This document shows, piece by piece, positions 46,989 to 55,556 of a stretch of DNA of 64,000 nucleotides. Source of the stretch: an uncultured Chloroflexia bacterium (lineage in GTDB: Bacteria; Chloroflexota; Limnocylindria; Limnocylindrales; CSP1-4); contig CAVVNQ010000007.1 in NCBI GenBank assembly GCA_963749705.1, positions 64,001 to 128,000 on the forward strand, read 5' to 3'. Made by a program: the position numbers and the translations under genes. How positions within the stretch are numbered: the first letter of the stretch is position 1; each line of letters begins with the position of its first letter. The notes below the pieces were generated by a model, which ran no database searches, was not told the DNA's origin, and worked only from the letters and a program-made list of their open reading frames with translations.

Positions 46989-48344
46989 TCAACCGCCGTG
47001 ATCGCCGCTCGGACCCGCTGCGGCCGCCAGCGCGTCCGCGTACTTCTCGAGCGCCGTCGCCGCCTTCGACAGCGGGCCCATCACCACGGGCGTGCATGCC
47101 GCGGTGCAACGCCGGGCGAAGGCCGCCGCATCGCGCAGGCGTTCCTCCATGACCACCCATGCCGCGTCCCGGTGGGGCAGGAGGTAGTCGACCTCGTAGA
47201 ACAGCTCGAACGTGGGCCCGGCCGTGACGCCGGGCTGGTCGAATCCGATGGGCAGCCTGGTGAGCACGTTCCCGAGCGGCTTGATCCCCGAATACATGAG
47301 ACCGACGGCGACATCGGCCAGGACGCCCAGCTGCTCGTCGGTCTCGTCGGTGTGGGCGAAGTAGCGTGACAGGACCTGGAGCAGGACCTCGTTGACGACG
47401 TTGAGCAGGTCCATCGCCCGGGCGGTTCCCGGGTCCGAGATCGTGGGGATCGCGGGGCCGACCGCCGTCGGACGGACGCGGGCCGCGACGACGGGACGGG
47501 CGGGCTCGAAGCCGGGATCCTCCGCGCGCAGCTGGGTCAGCTCCTCGAGGATCCCCAGCAGGCGTCCGAAGTGCGCGTCACGCCATTCGCCGCGCGCCCC
47601 CTCGCCCTGCTCCACGATCGTATCGATCGCCCGGCGCGCGGACGCGAGATCGACGACCGCGACCAGCTCGGGCCATCGAAAGTGCTCCTCGGTGGCCTGC
47701 GCATTGGGCTGGCCGACGAACAGCCGCGACGCCCCGAGCCGCTCGGCGAGGTGCTCGAGCCCGGTCTCGACCGAGCGGTACAGCTGTCCGATCGTCTCGA
47801 AGTCCTGGAGCTGCGGTGCGATCTCGTCCGCCTCGTCGCGCGGAAGGGGGGTGGCCTGTTCCAGGGCGATGAAGCCCTCCGCGTCGTCGAACGCCATGCC
47901 CATCGGTCGCTCGAGGTAGGCGAAGTGGCGGAGGGCCGGCTCGGCGAACGGGAACAGGCCGACCTGCACGCCGGCCGGGTAGAGGTGCTGGGGAACCGGG
48001 AAGTTGGGCCTCGCCAGGCGGGGTGCGCCGCCGACGGCTGTGAGCAGGTTCTGGACCAGGGCGAGATGGAGCATCTCCTGCTCGGCGATCTCGCTCAGGG
48101 TCCGGCGCCAGCGCTGCGTCGCGGCGGCCTGGGTCGGCGTCAGGCCGTCGGCCTCGCCCTGCTTGAGCGAGAAGGCGGCGTACAAGTATTGGAGCATGAT
48201 CAGGTGCTCCAGCTCGGCTGCCTTGCCCAGCGTGTAGATCAGCGCCTCGCGGTGCTCGAGCCGGATCTGGCTTCCGGCGGGGACACCGCCACGGACCTCG
48301 ATGACATGCGCGAGGGGGCCCCGCGGCCCCCCGTCGTCAGACAC
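46989..48344 (-). CDS. Ferritin-like domain protein (PF12902/VioB C-terminal-like)
   Basis: ELEHLIMLQYLYAAFSLK, EEM-like QEMLHLALVQNLL, TIGQLY, IVEQGEG, AHFGRL, AGPTFE. Confidence 0.8.
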   Translation of the reverse strand: MSDDGGPRGPLAHVIEVRGGVPAGSQIRLEHREALIYTLGKAAELEHLIMLQYLYAAFSLKQGEADGLTPTQAAATQRWRRTLSEIAEQEMLHLALVQNLLTAVGGAPRLARPNFPVPQHLYPAGVQVGLFPFAEPALRHFAYLERPMGMAFDDAEGFIALEQATPLPRDEADEIAPQLQDFETIGQLYRSVETGLEHLAERLGASRLFVGQPNAQATEEHFRWPELVAVVDLASARRAIDTIVEQGEGARGEWRDAHFGRLLGILEELTQLRAEDPGFEPARPVVAARVRPTAVGPAIPTISDPGTARAMDLLNVVNEVLLQVLSRYFAHTDETDEQLGVLADVAVGLMYSGIKPLGNVLTRLPIGFDQPGVTAGPTFELFYEVDYLLPHRDAAWVVMEERLRDAAAFARRCTAACTPVVMGPLSKAATALEKYADALAAAAGPSGDHGG

Positions 48345-48561
48345 CCGTGTGGCGGAGCGCCGCGATCAGCCGCTGCGCCTGCTCCCGATCCTTGGCGTTC
48401 GGATGCTGATGGTCCGCCATGATCCCGCAGTACACGTCATGGATCGCCTGGGTCATCGTGTCCTCGTCGGCGAGCGTGACGCCCCGCTGCTGGAGCTCGC
48501 TCATCGCCGCGTCCGGACCGTCGTGGTGCATCGCATGGTCGAGGGCTTCGCGCATCGTCAT
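48337..48561 (-). CDS. Small His-rich hypothetical protein
   Basis: RBS AGGAGG; overlaps start of the ferritin-like gene; HDVYC..DHQH. Confidence 0.65.
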   Translation of the reverse strand: MTMREALDHAMHHDGPDAAMSELQQRGVTLADEDTMTQAIHDVYCGIMADHQHPNAKDREQAQRLIAALRHTGV

Positions 48562-48607
48562 CTGGGGACACCTCCTGCGCGGAATCTAGCCGCCGCCGGC
48601 CCGTCCG

Positions 48608-49492
48608 TCACCTGTCGCTCGCCGCGATCAGCTCGTCGAACACCATCCCGATCGAATCCGCCTGCAGCGACAGGTGGCCGTGCTCCGCGAGCAGCCTGGC
48701 ATGGACGCCGGGGATCCGCCCGGCCAGCCACCGGCCATGGGCGTACGGCACCATCCGATCCTGCTCGCCCTGCCACACCGTGACCGGAACCCGGATCGAT
48801 GCCAGGTCGAAGCCCCACGGTCGGGTGAACGCCAGGTCGTCGTCGTGCCAGCCCCAGGTGCCGTTTCGCAGGCTCGCGCGGATGTCGGCCGCGATCGAGT
48901 CGGCCATCTCGCCCGTGAGCGCCGCCCGGTCGACATCGGGGACGAGATCACCGAACGCCTGGGCGATCTGGCCTCCGGATGCCGTGGCGAAGGCGGGAGC
49001 CGCGGCCTCGAGGAACGCGGCGAGCTCGGCCGGTCCCGCGACGGCCGCGCCGAACTCCTCGACGTTCTCGGCCCCCATCCCGGCCAGGAAGTCGAGCCCG
49101 TCGGCCTCGTACGGAGCCACGCTCCCGATCGTCGCCGCAGCGGCCACCCGATCGGGCAGCACGGCCGCGGTCGCCAGGGCGTGCGGACCGCCGCCGGAGA
49201 CCCCCAGGGTCAGCACGCGTGCCGCGCCCAGCGCGTCGAGGACGATCGTCACGTCGGCGCCGACGTCGGCGATCGACCGCCCGGCGTTTCGGGTCGACTC
49301 GCCGTAGCCCGGGCGCACGACGCACACGTGCCGCAGATTGCGCTCCGCTGCCGCGGCGACCCAGCTGGGGGACGGGAGCCCGGCACCGGGCGTCCCGTGG
49401 TGGAACAGCAGGATCCGGCCGTCCGCGGGCCCGGCGATCCGGACCTCCAGCTGCCGGCCGTCCGGCGTGGGGATCAGGCGCTGTTCGATCAT
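48608..49492 (-). CDS. Alpha/beta hydrolase
   Basis: HHGTPG, RPGYG, GVSGGG nucleophile, GEQD, GHLS. Confidence 0.9.
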   Translation of the reverse strand: MIEQRLIPTPDGRQLEVRIAGPADGRILLFHHGTPGAGLPSPSWVAAAAERNLRHVCVVRPGYGESTRNAGRSIADVGADVTIVLDALGAARVLTLGVSGGGPHALATAAVLPDRVAAAATIGSVAPYEADGLDFLAGMGAENVEEFGAAVAGPAELAAFLEAAAPAFATASGGQIAQAFGDLVPDVDRAALTGEMADSIAADIRASLRNGTWGWHDDDLAFTRPWGFDLASIRVPVTVWQGEQDRMVPYAHGRWLAGRIPGVHARLLAEHGHLSLQADSIGMVFDELIAASDR

Positions 49493-49580
49493 GGCGGCAG
49501 CATGCGCCATTTCGCGATGTCCCGTCGAAGGGCCAGAATCGGGCGGTCGCCGCGGCACGCGGCGCAACACGGGAGACGGC

Positions 49581-49934
49581 ATGCGCGAACCCGGTTGGCT
49601 GCCCTCGATCGTGCTTCGCGAGCAGCGGGACGAGGACGGGTCGCGCCGCCTCGTCGCCGAATGGCGCGAGGGCGTTGGGGTCGTGATCGAGGGCCAGGAC
49701 CTGGGGCCGGGCGTCGAGCGAACCTATGGCTCCGGCCTCGACGAGTACGAGTGGCTGTGGCGGATCGCCCCCGACGCCGTTCCCGGCATGGTGGCGGCGC
49801 TCGGCGGTCTGCCGGGCGACGACCCGCTACCGCTCCTTGCCGCCTGGTACGCCGCCCACGGGTACCTCGACCCGGGCATCCACCTGCGCGAGGCCGGCGT
49901 GCCGATCGAGTTCTGGAGCCGGGTCGGCGACTAG
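49581..49934 (+). CDS. Hypothetical protein
   Basis: RBS GGGAG; IEGQDLGPGVE..EYEW; good codon bias. Confidence 0.6.
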   Translation: MREPGWLPSIVLREQRDEDGSRRLVAEWREGVGVVIEGQDLGPGVERTYGSGLDEYEWLWRIAPDAVPGMVAALGGLPGDDPLPLLAAWYAAHGYLDPGIHLREAGVPIEFWSRVGD

Positions 49935-49957
49935 GGCGGATCGCCGGCGCGCCCGCG

Positions 49958-50824
49958 TCAGCCCAGGCGGTACTGGTCCACGTCAGTGACCGGCTCGTAG
50001 CCGATCGCCTGGTAGACGTGGTTCGACGTGGGGTTGGCGAGGTCCGTGAACAGGAAGCAGAAGCTCCGGCCCTCGTCCAGGAGCTGCTGGCTGGCCGCCG
50101 CGACCAGCGCGCTCGCGTACCCGCGCCGCCGATCGGCCGGCGGCGTGTACACCGGCCCGATCCGGATCCCGTTGGGCGTCGGCGACCCCGAGCCGGCCAG
50201 CGAGACCGCACGGCCGTCGACCTCCCACAGCCATGCCGTCCGGTCGGCCTCGCCCAGCCATCGATCGACCATCCGATCCATGTCGCGTCGCGGCTCGTCG
50301 TCCGGGAGGGCCTCCCGGTCGAAGGCGGTGATCCAGGACACGAGCAGCGGCCGGTCCGCCTCCCGGGCATGACGCATGACGCCGGGGGTCGGCCGCGGCG
50401 GGATCACGCGCGACAGCCGGTAGATCCGCTCCTCGACGAGCAGGGTCGCGGGCTGCCCGGTGACCGCGGACCAGCGCTCGACGAACGGGCCGACGACCGA
50501 CTTCGGGCCGAGCACGCCGGGCAGGTCCGGGGTGACCATCCGGACGTCGTCCACCAGCACCGACACCGCGTCCGCGACCCGGTCGGCGGGGACGCCGGGC
50601 TCGGACAGGATGAGGTGATGGGGCGGCGTGCGAACCGCGATCAGCGCGACCGTGCCCTGGTCCCTGACCGCGGCGAGGTACGCCGGATCCGGGTAGACCT
50701 CCGGGTGATCCCGCAGCGTGCCCAGGATCCCGAGCGGCAGGTTGTGCTCGGCCTCGCGGGCCGCAAGGTAGTCGCCCACGGCCGAGAGCAGCGAGGTGGC
50801 CGAGCGATGGCGCTCCAGGTCCAT
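49958..50824 (-). CDS. GNAT acetyltransferase (tandem, FR47-like C-terminus)
   Basis: RIGPVYTPP..RRRGYASAL, LFTDLANPTSN..YQAIGY. Confidence 0.9.
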   Translation of the reverse strand: MDLERHRSATSLLSAVGDYLAAREAEHNLPLGILGTLRDHPEVYPDPAYLAAVRDQGTVALIAVRTPPHHLILSEPGVPADRVADAVSVLVDDVRMVTPDLPGVLGPKSVVGPFVERWSAVTGQPATLLVEERIYRLSRVIPPRPTPGVMRHAREADRPLLVSWITAFDREALPDDEPRRDMDRMVDRWLGEADRTAWLWEVDGRAVSLAGSGSPTPNGIRIGPVYTPPADRRRGYASALVAAASQQLLDEGRSFCFLFTDLANPTSNHVYQAIGYEPVTDVDQYRLG

Positions 50825-50922
50825 GCCCGAGACGATACGACACGGGCGTCCCCCGGGCAGGTCCGGTGCACGGATTGGAGCCGACCGTAGACTGGCGCCA
50901 TGCCTCGACTCGTCAAGGAACG

Positions 50923-52101
50923 ATGATCGGGAGCGCGCAACCCGCCTGCTTCCTGATCGCCGACATCTCCGGGTATACCGGGTACCTCGCGGATGTCGAG
51001 CTCGATCACGCGCAGGACATCCTGGCCGATCTCGTCGGCGCCGTGGTCAGCGCGCTGCGACCCGACTTCCGGCTGGCCAAGCTCGAGGGTGACGCGGCCT
51101 TCACGTACATGACCGGAGCCAGGATCGACGGGTCGATGCTGCTGGACACGATCGAGCGCTGCTACTTCGGGTTCAGGCGCCGGCGCCGCGACGTGCGCCA
51201 GGCCACCTCGTGCGAGTGCAACGCATGCAGCCGGATCCCGGACCTCGACCTCAAGTTCGTGGTCCACCACGGCGAGACGATCATCCAGCGCGTCGCGGGG
51301 CGCCAGGAGCTGCTGGGGTCGGACGTGATCGTCGTCCACCGGCTGCTCAAGAACGAGGTCATCGAGCAGCTCGGGATCAACGCCTACGCCCTGCTCACCC
51401 AGGCGTGCATCGACGCGGCGGACATCGATCCGGCCGCGCTTGGCATGCGTGCCCACGCCGAGACCTATGACCGGATCGGCGACGTGCCCGGGTGGGCCCA
51501 CGACCTCGAGCGCCGATGGCGGGAGGAGGAGGATCGCGCGCGCGTGTTCGTCACGCCCGACGAGTCGATCCTCAGCGTCTCGGTGCCGACCAGCGCGCCG
51601 CCGCAGGTGGCCTGGGAGTTCCTGACCAAGCCTGGGCAGCGGATGCTGTGGCAGCCGTGGGTGACCGAGGTCACCATCAGGGACGCCACGGGCGGGCGGC
51701 GCGGGGTCGGCTCGTCCAACCACTGCATGCACGGCAAGGACGCCGTGATCGAGGAGATCCTCGACTGGCGGCCATACGACTACGTCACCGACCGGACCAT
51801 CCTCGACACGCCCGCCGGTCCGCTCAAGCTGCCGCACACGATCGAGTTCGAGCCGGTCCCCGATGGGACGGTGATCCACATGCGGTTCGGACCGCCGAAG
51901 GCGAAGAAGGGCCGGGCGGTCGCCGACGAGGTCGCCGCGCACTACGGCGATGCGCTCCGGTCCCGGGTTCCGAAGCTCGTCGAGCTGCTCGACGCCGAGG
52001 TCGCCGCGCGCGAGACCGATCGCGGCCCGGAGCCGGAGCTTGCGGCGCCGAAGGCCGACGGGCCCCTTGCGGGGATCGAGCCGCTGGTGATCGTGGACTG
52101 A
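50923..52101 (+). CDS. DUF2652 (class III cyclase-like) + SRPBCC/START domain protein
   Basis: IADISGYT, KLEGDA, CECNAC, HRLLKN; C-terminal APPQVAWEFL..EEILDWRPYDY. Confidence 0.8.
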   Translation: MIGSAQPACFLIADISGYTGYLADVELDHAQDILADLVGAVVSALRPDFRLAKLEGDAAFTYMTGARIDGSMLLDTIERCYFGFRRRRRDVRQATSCECNACSRIPDLDLKFVVHHGETIIQRVAGRQELLGSDVIVVHRLLKNEVIEQLGINAYALLTQACIDAADIDPAALGMRAHAETYDRIGDVPGWAHDLERRWREEEDRARVFVTPDESILSVSVPTSAPPQVAWEFLTKPGQRMLWQPWVTEVTIRDATGGRRGVGSSNHCMHGKDAVIEEILDWRPYDYVTDRTILDTPAGPLKLPHTIEFEPVPDGTVIHMRFGPPKAKKGRAVADEVAAHYGDALRSRVPKLVELLDAEVAARETDRGPEPELAAPKADGPLAGIEPLVIVD

Positions 52102-52140
52102 CCCGCGTTCCCCCGCGGTGGCACGCGGGCTGGCTGCCTG

Positions 52141-54795
52141 TCAGCGCGTCTCCGTGGCCTGGGACACCGCAGAGCCCATCCCGAGGACAGAGCTCAGGTC
52201 GCGCCTGCCCGCGATGCCGAGCTTTCCGTAGACCGCGCCAAGGTGGTTGTCCACCGTGCGAACGGAGATGTCCAAACGACGCCCGATCTCGCTCGACGAC
52301 TGCCGGCCGGCGGCGAGCAGCGCGATCTCGAGCTCGCGCGGCGTCAGCGGCACGGTGGTCACGGTCGTGAGTGGCGGCGTCGCCACGCCGGCCAGGCTGC
52401 CGGAAAGGAAGCTCGCCCTCGCCCGGGCGATCCGCGCGAGAACCGGCTCCCCGGCGCGCAGATGCGCATCCTGCGCGTGGGCGGCTGCTTCCGCAGCGCA
52501 CAGGGTGCTGCCCATTCGTTCGAACGCCACGGAGATGCGGTCAAGCCTTGAACCGTCCCCCTCGGCGAGCGCCGCGGCATGCTGGGCCATCGTCGCCACC
52601 AGATCGCCTTCGACCGAGTCAGTGAGTGCGGCGAGACGGTCTCGCACCAGTTCGGGGTACCCGAGCCGAACGGCGTCGTGGAACGTCCAGGCCGCCCAGA
52701 CCAGGTGCGTGTCGCTCACCGCGCGATCGCCGGCGGCCAGGGCCAGGCGGGCCGCCGCGGCCGGCCCCTCATCGAGCCACGTGATCCAGACCGTCGCCCG
52801 GTCGAACTGGATCCTCGATCGCACATCACGCACCAGGTGCTGATCGACGATCTCCTGGTACAGCGCGCGTGCGTCATCGTGGCGCCCCAGCCACGAGGCA
52901 AGGACCGTCGCCACCCCGGCCTGGATGCCGCGGACCGAGAACGTGTCCCGCTCTCGTGCGACCTCGAGCGCTCCGACCACGGTCTGCAGGCCGCCGCCGA
53001 TGTTGCCGGCGAGCATCTGGCACTCGGCGAGGATCATGGCCCACATCGCCGCCACCTCGACGGCACCGGCCCCGATGGCCGCGCGCTGGGCGACATCACA
53101 TAGCGTGATCGATTGGGCAAGGCGTCCTGCGTAGGCAAGGGCCATCGCGCGGTTCATCTGCAGCATGTCCGGGGCCAGCGGCAGCTCCTCGCGCGTCTGC
53201 GGGGCGCGTTCCAGCGCGAGACGCACCTGGGTCTCCGACTCAGCCAGGCGGCCCAGCATCACGTTGGCGATGCTCGAGTACATCAGGGTATGCACGACCG
53301 TCCTGGGCCTGGCCGTTGGCCTGAGCATCAGGCGATCACCGATGGCCGCGACGCCAAGGAGGTCCCCGGCACCGGTGCGGAACAGCGCTCGCAGCGAGTC
53401 GATCTCGTCTCGCCAGTCTTCGTCGATCACGCGAGCGGCGGCCGCATCGAGGACGTCCGATGCTTCGACGGCTCGTCCGGCCCGGAAGCCGAGCAGGTCT
53501 GCGCGTGCCAGCGCGACCGTCGAGATGTCCGCGTCCGTGCGCGCGAGCGACGCGGCTCGGGCGAGGACGCGGTCGGCGTCTTCGATGCGCTGCTGGGCCG
53601 CCACGGCGCGACCCAGCGCAAGCTGCGCCGTCATGTTGTCGGGCTCGCCCGCCAACGCCGCGCGGGCGAAGCGCTCGGCAAGGGGCGCGTCGAAGACCGA
53701 GAGTGCACGTCCCGCAGCGTTGAGTGCCAGCGTCGCGGGCATGTGTCCGCCGCCCTCCAGCCGCCACAGGGCGAGCCGCAGGAGATCGTCGCGCCGCCTT
53801 GCCCCGGTCGACTCGAGGCTGTCGCCCAGCCAGCGCTTGACGTGACGCGCTCGCGTCGACGGGATCGTCGCGGCCACGGCATCGGCGTACATCGGGTGCG
53901 CGAGGCGCACGGTCTGGCGATTGCCGCTGCGGCCAATCTCCACCAGGCGGCGATCATCCAGCCGCTCGAGGGCACGAGGATCATCAAGCGCGTCGAACGC
54001 CTGCAGGTCGACCGCTCCGCCGATGGCGAGCGCTTCGACGACCTGCCGCTCGGCCGCGTCCAGCCGTCCCAGCCGGGTCTCGACCAGCTGATTGAGCCGA
54101 TCCGAGGGAGCGAGCCCTTCGAGCGCACGCCAGCCGGCGCTCGTCTGGACGAGCTTCTGGCTCTCCAGCCCGCCGAGGACGAGCTCGCGGAGGAACAGGG
54201 GATTGCCACCCGACCGTCGCCACAATGTTGACCGCGTGATCGGCTCGACGGCCCCGTCAAGCGCGACCTCGAGCAGCCGGCCGGTCTCGTCCTCCGACAA
54301 CGGATCGACCTGGACTCGCTCGAGGAGCCCGTCCTTCCAGAGCTCGGTCAGGTCCGCGGCAGCCCGGTCGCCGGGACGCCGGGTCATGATCATGAACGCA
54401 TCCGACCGGGTAACGAGACCGCGCACCAGCGCAGCGGAATGGCTGTCGAGCAGGTGCGCGTCGTCGATGCCGAGGACGAGCCGATCCCCCTTGCTGGCCG
54501 GCCGGGTCAGCTCGACCAGGAGCTCACCGAGGAGTTGACGCTCGTCGATTGTCACGACCGGCAGAGAAATGAGGTGCACGAACGCACCAAACGGGATGTC
54601 CGACGTGGCTCGCGAGGCGACGATCCAGGCCGTCGCCATGCCGCGCGCGGAGGCTCCGCCGACCAGCTCGCGGGCGAGCCGACTCTTGCCCACGCCGTCC
54701 TCGCCGACGATCTCGATCCCGCGGGCATCCTCTTGGGCCAGGAGTCTGCCGAGACGGAGCAGGGTCGAGTCGCGGCCGATGAGCGGCCACTCCAT
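52141..54795 (-). CDS. Large AAA-ATPase/LuxR (LAL/STAND-type) transcriptional regulator
   Basis: WPLIGRD, GEDGVGKS (Walker A), IDDAH (Walker B), GGNPLFL, LTPRELEIA..ISVRTVDNHL. Confidence 0.93.
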   Translation of the reverse strand: MEWPLIGRDSTLLRLGRLLAQEDARGIEIVGEDGVGKSRLARELVGGASARGMATAWIVASRATSDIPFGAFVHLISLPVVTIDERQLLGELLVELTRPASKGDRLVLGIDDAHLLDSHSAALVRGLVTRSDAFMIMTRRPGDRAAADLTELWKDGLLERVQVDPLSEDETGRLLEVALDGAVEPITRSTLWRRSGGNPLFLRELVLGGLESQKLVQTSAGWRALEGLAPSDRLNQLVETRLGRLDAAERQVVEALAIGGAVDLQAFDALDDPRALERLDDRRLVEIGRSGNRQTVRLAHPMYADAVAATIPSTRARHVKRWLGDSLESTGARRRDDLLRLALWRLEGGGHMPATLALNAAGRALSVFDAPLAERFARAALAGEPDNMTAQLALGRAVAAQQRIEDADRVLARAASLARTDADISTVALARADLLGFRAGRAVEASDVLDAAAARVIDEDWRDEIDSLRALFRTGAGDLLGVAAIGDRLMLRPTARPRTVVHTLMYSSIANVMLGRLAESETQVRLALERAPQTREELPLAPDMLQMNRAMALAYAGRLAQSITLCDVAQRAAIGAGAVEVAAMWAMILAECQMLAGNIGGGLQTVVGALEVARERDTFSVRGIQAGVATVLASWLGRHDDARALYQEIVDQHLVRDVRSRIQFDRATVWITWLDEGPAAAARLALAAGDRAVSDTHLVWAAWTFHDAVRLGYPELVRDRLAALTDSVEGDLVATMAQHAAALAEGDGSRLDRISVAFERMGSTLCAAEAAAHAQDAHLRAGEPVLARIARARASFLSGSLAGVATPPLTTVTTVPLTPRELEIALLAAGRQSSSEIGRRLDISVRTVDNHLGAVYGKLGIAGRRDLSSVLGMGSAVSQATETR

Positions 54796-54836
54796 CTCGC
54801 GATCCTAACCGACCGATTGTTCGCCGAACACCCGCG

Positions 54837-54854
54837 TGAGTAGTCCACTACTCA
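54837..54854. promoter_or_regulatory. Perfect inverted repeat TGAGTAGT-CC-ACTACTCA, putative operator of the AAA-LuxR regulator
   Basis: 8-2-8 palindrome in the divergent intergenic region. Confidence 0.7.
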
Positions 54855-54916
54855 TGACAGCCCCCGCATGACATCGCAGGGTCACTTGGACAGGCCCAAG
54901 TTCGATGGAGGTCGAG

Positions 54917-55519
54917 GTGTCGTCACGCAAGGGATTCGCCGCACTTGCGGTGCTCGTATTGGTGCTCGCCGCGTGCGGCACAAGCGCCAATCAGTCGTCG
55001 CAGGGGGCGTCCGAGGGGATCGCCGTCCACGGTCATTGGACGGTGGATGTCGTGAATCCGGATGGTCAGCTTGCCACCCACAGCGCATTCGAGAACGCCC
55101 TTGACTCTGCGGGGGCTCGTGCCCTCGGATTGATCCTCGGGCGTGGCGCCCAGGTGGTGGATCCTGGCTGGGCAATCGCCCTCGGGACAAACCCCTTGAA
55201 CCCGGATTCTGCACCCTGCCTTCCGCCTGGCGGGACGCCAGACGATTGCGTGGTGGCCGAGCCCGGGATGACAGGTTTCCCCCTGCCCGTGTCCTCGTTC
55301 AACCTCCAGGTGACCAGCACCAGCGACGGGCTTGATCTGGAAGGATCCGTCATCGCCACTCGCACCGGGGCCATCGGGATCGTGAAGACGTTGGTCGTTC
55401 TCAGCGATGGAGGGACATACCTCTTCACCCTCAAGGAGGTCTTCGCCGACAGCGGGGCTCAAATCAATGTTGACGCGGGCCAGAGCATCGAGGTCACCGT
55501 GTCGCTGACCTTCTCGTAG
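54917..55519 (+). CDS. Lipoprotein, putative filament/pilin-like beta-sandwich subunit
   Basis: Lipobox LAAC; GGAGG before GTG 54917 (ATG 54905 is an alternative start); ASEGIAVHGHWTVDVVNP strand; ends IEVTVSLTFS; function inferred. Confidence 0.7.
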   Translation: MSSRKGFAALAVLVLVLAACGTSANQSSQGASEGIAVHGHWTVDVVNPDGQLATHSAFENALDSAGARALGLILGRGAQVVDPGWAIALGTNPLNPDSAPCLPPGGTPDDCVVAEPGMTGFPLPVSSFNLQVTSTSDGLDLEGSVIATRTGAIGIVKTLVVLSDGGTYLFTLKEVFADSGAQINVDAGQSIEVTVSLTFS

Positions 55520-55556
55520 GGTGTCTGCTGAAGAGGTCGCGGGTCACTGACGAGCC

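Noticed and set aside
46989-48344. Violacein/indolocarbazole (vioB/rebD) biosynthesis
   Set aside because: Only the ferritin-like domain is present, with no tryptophan oxidase or other pathway genes.
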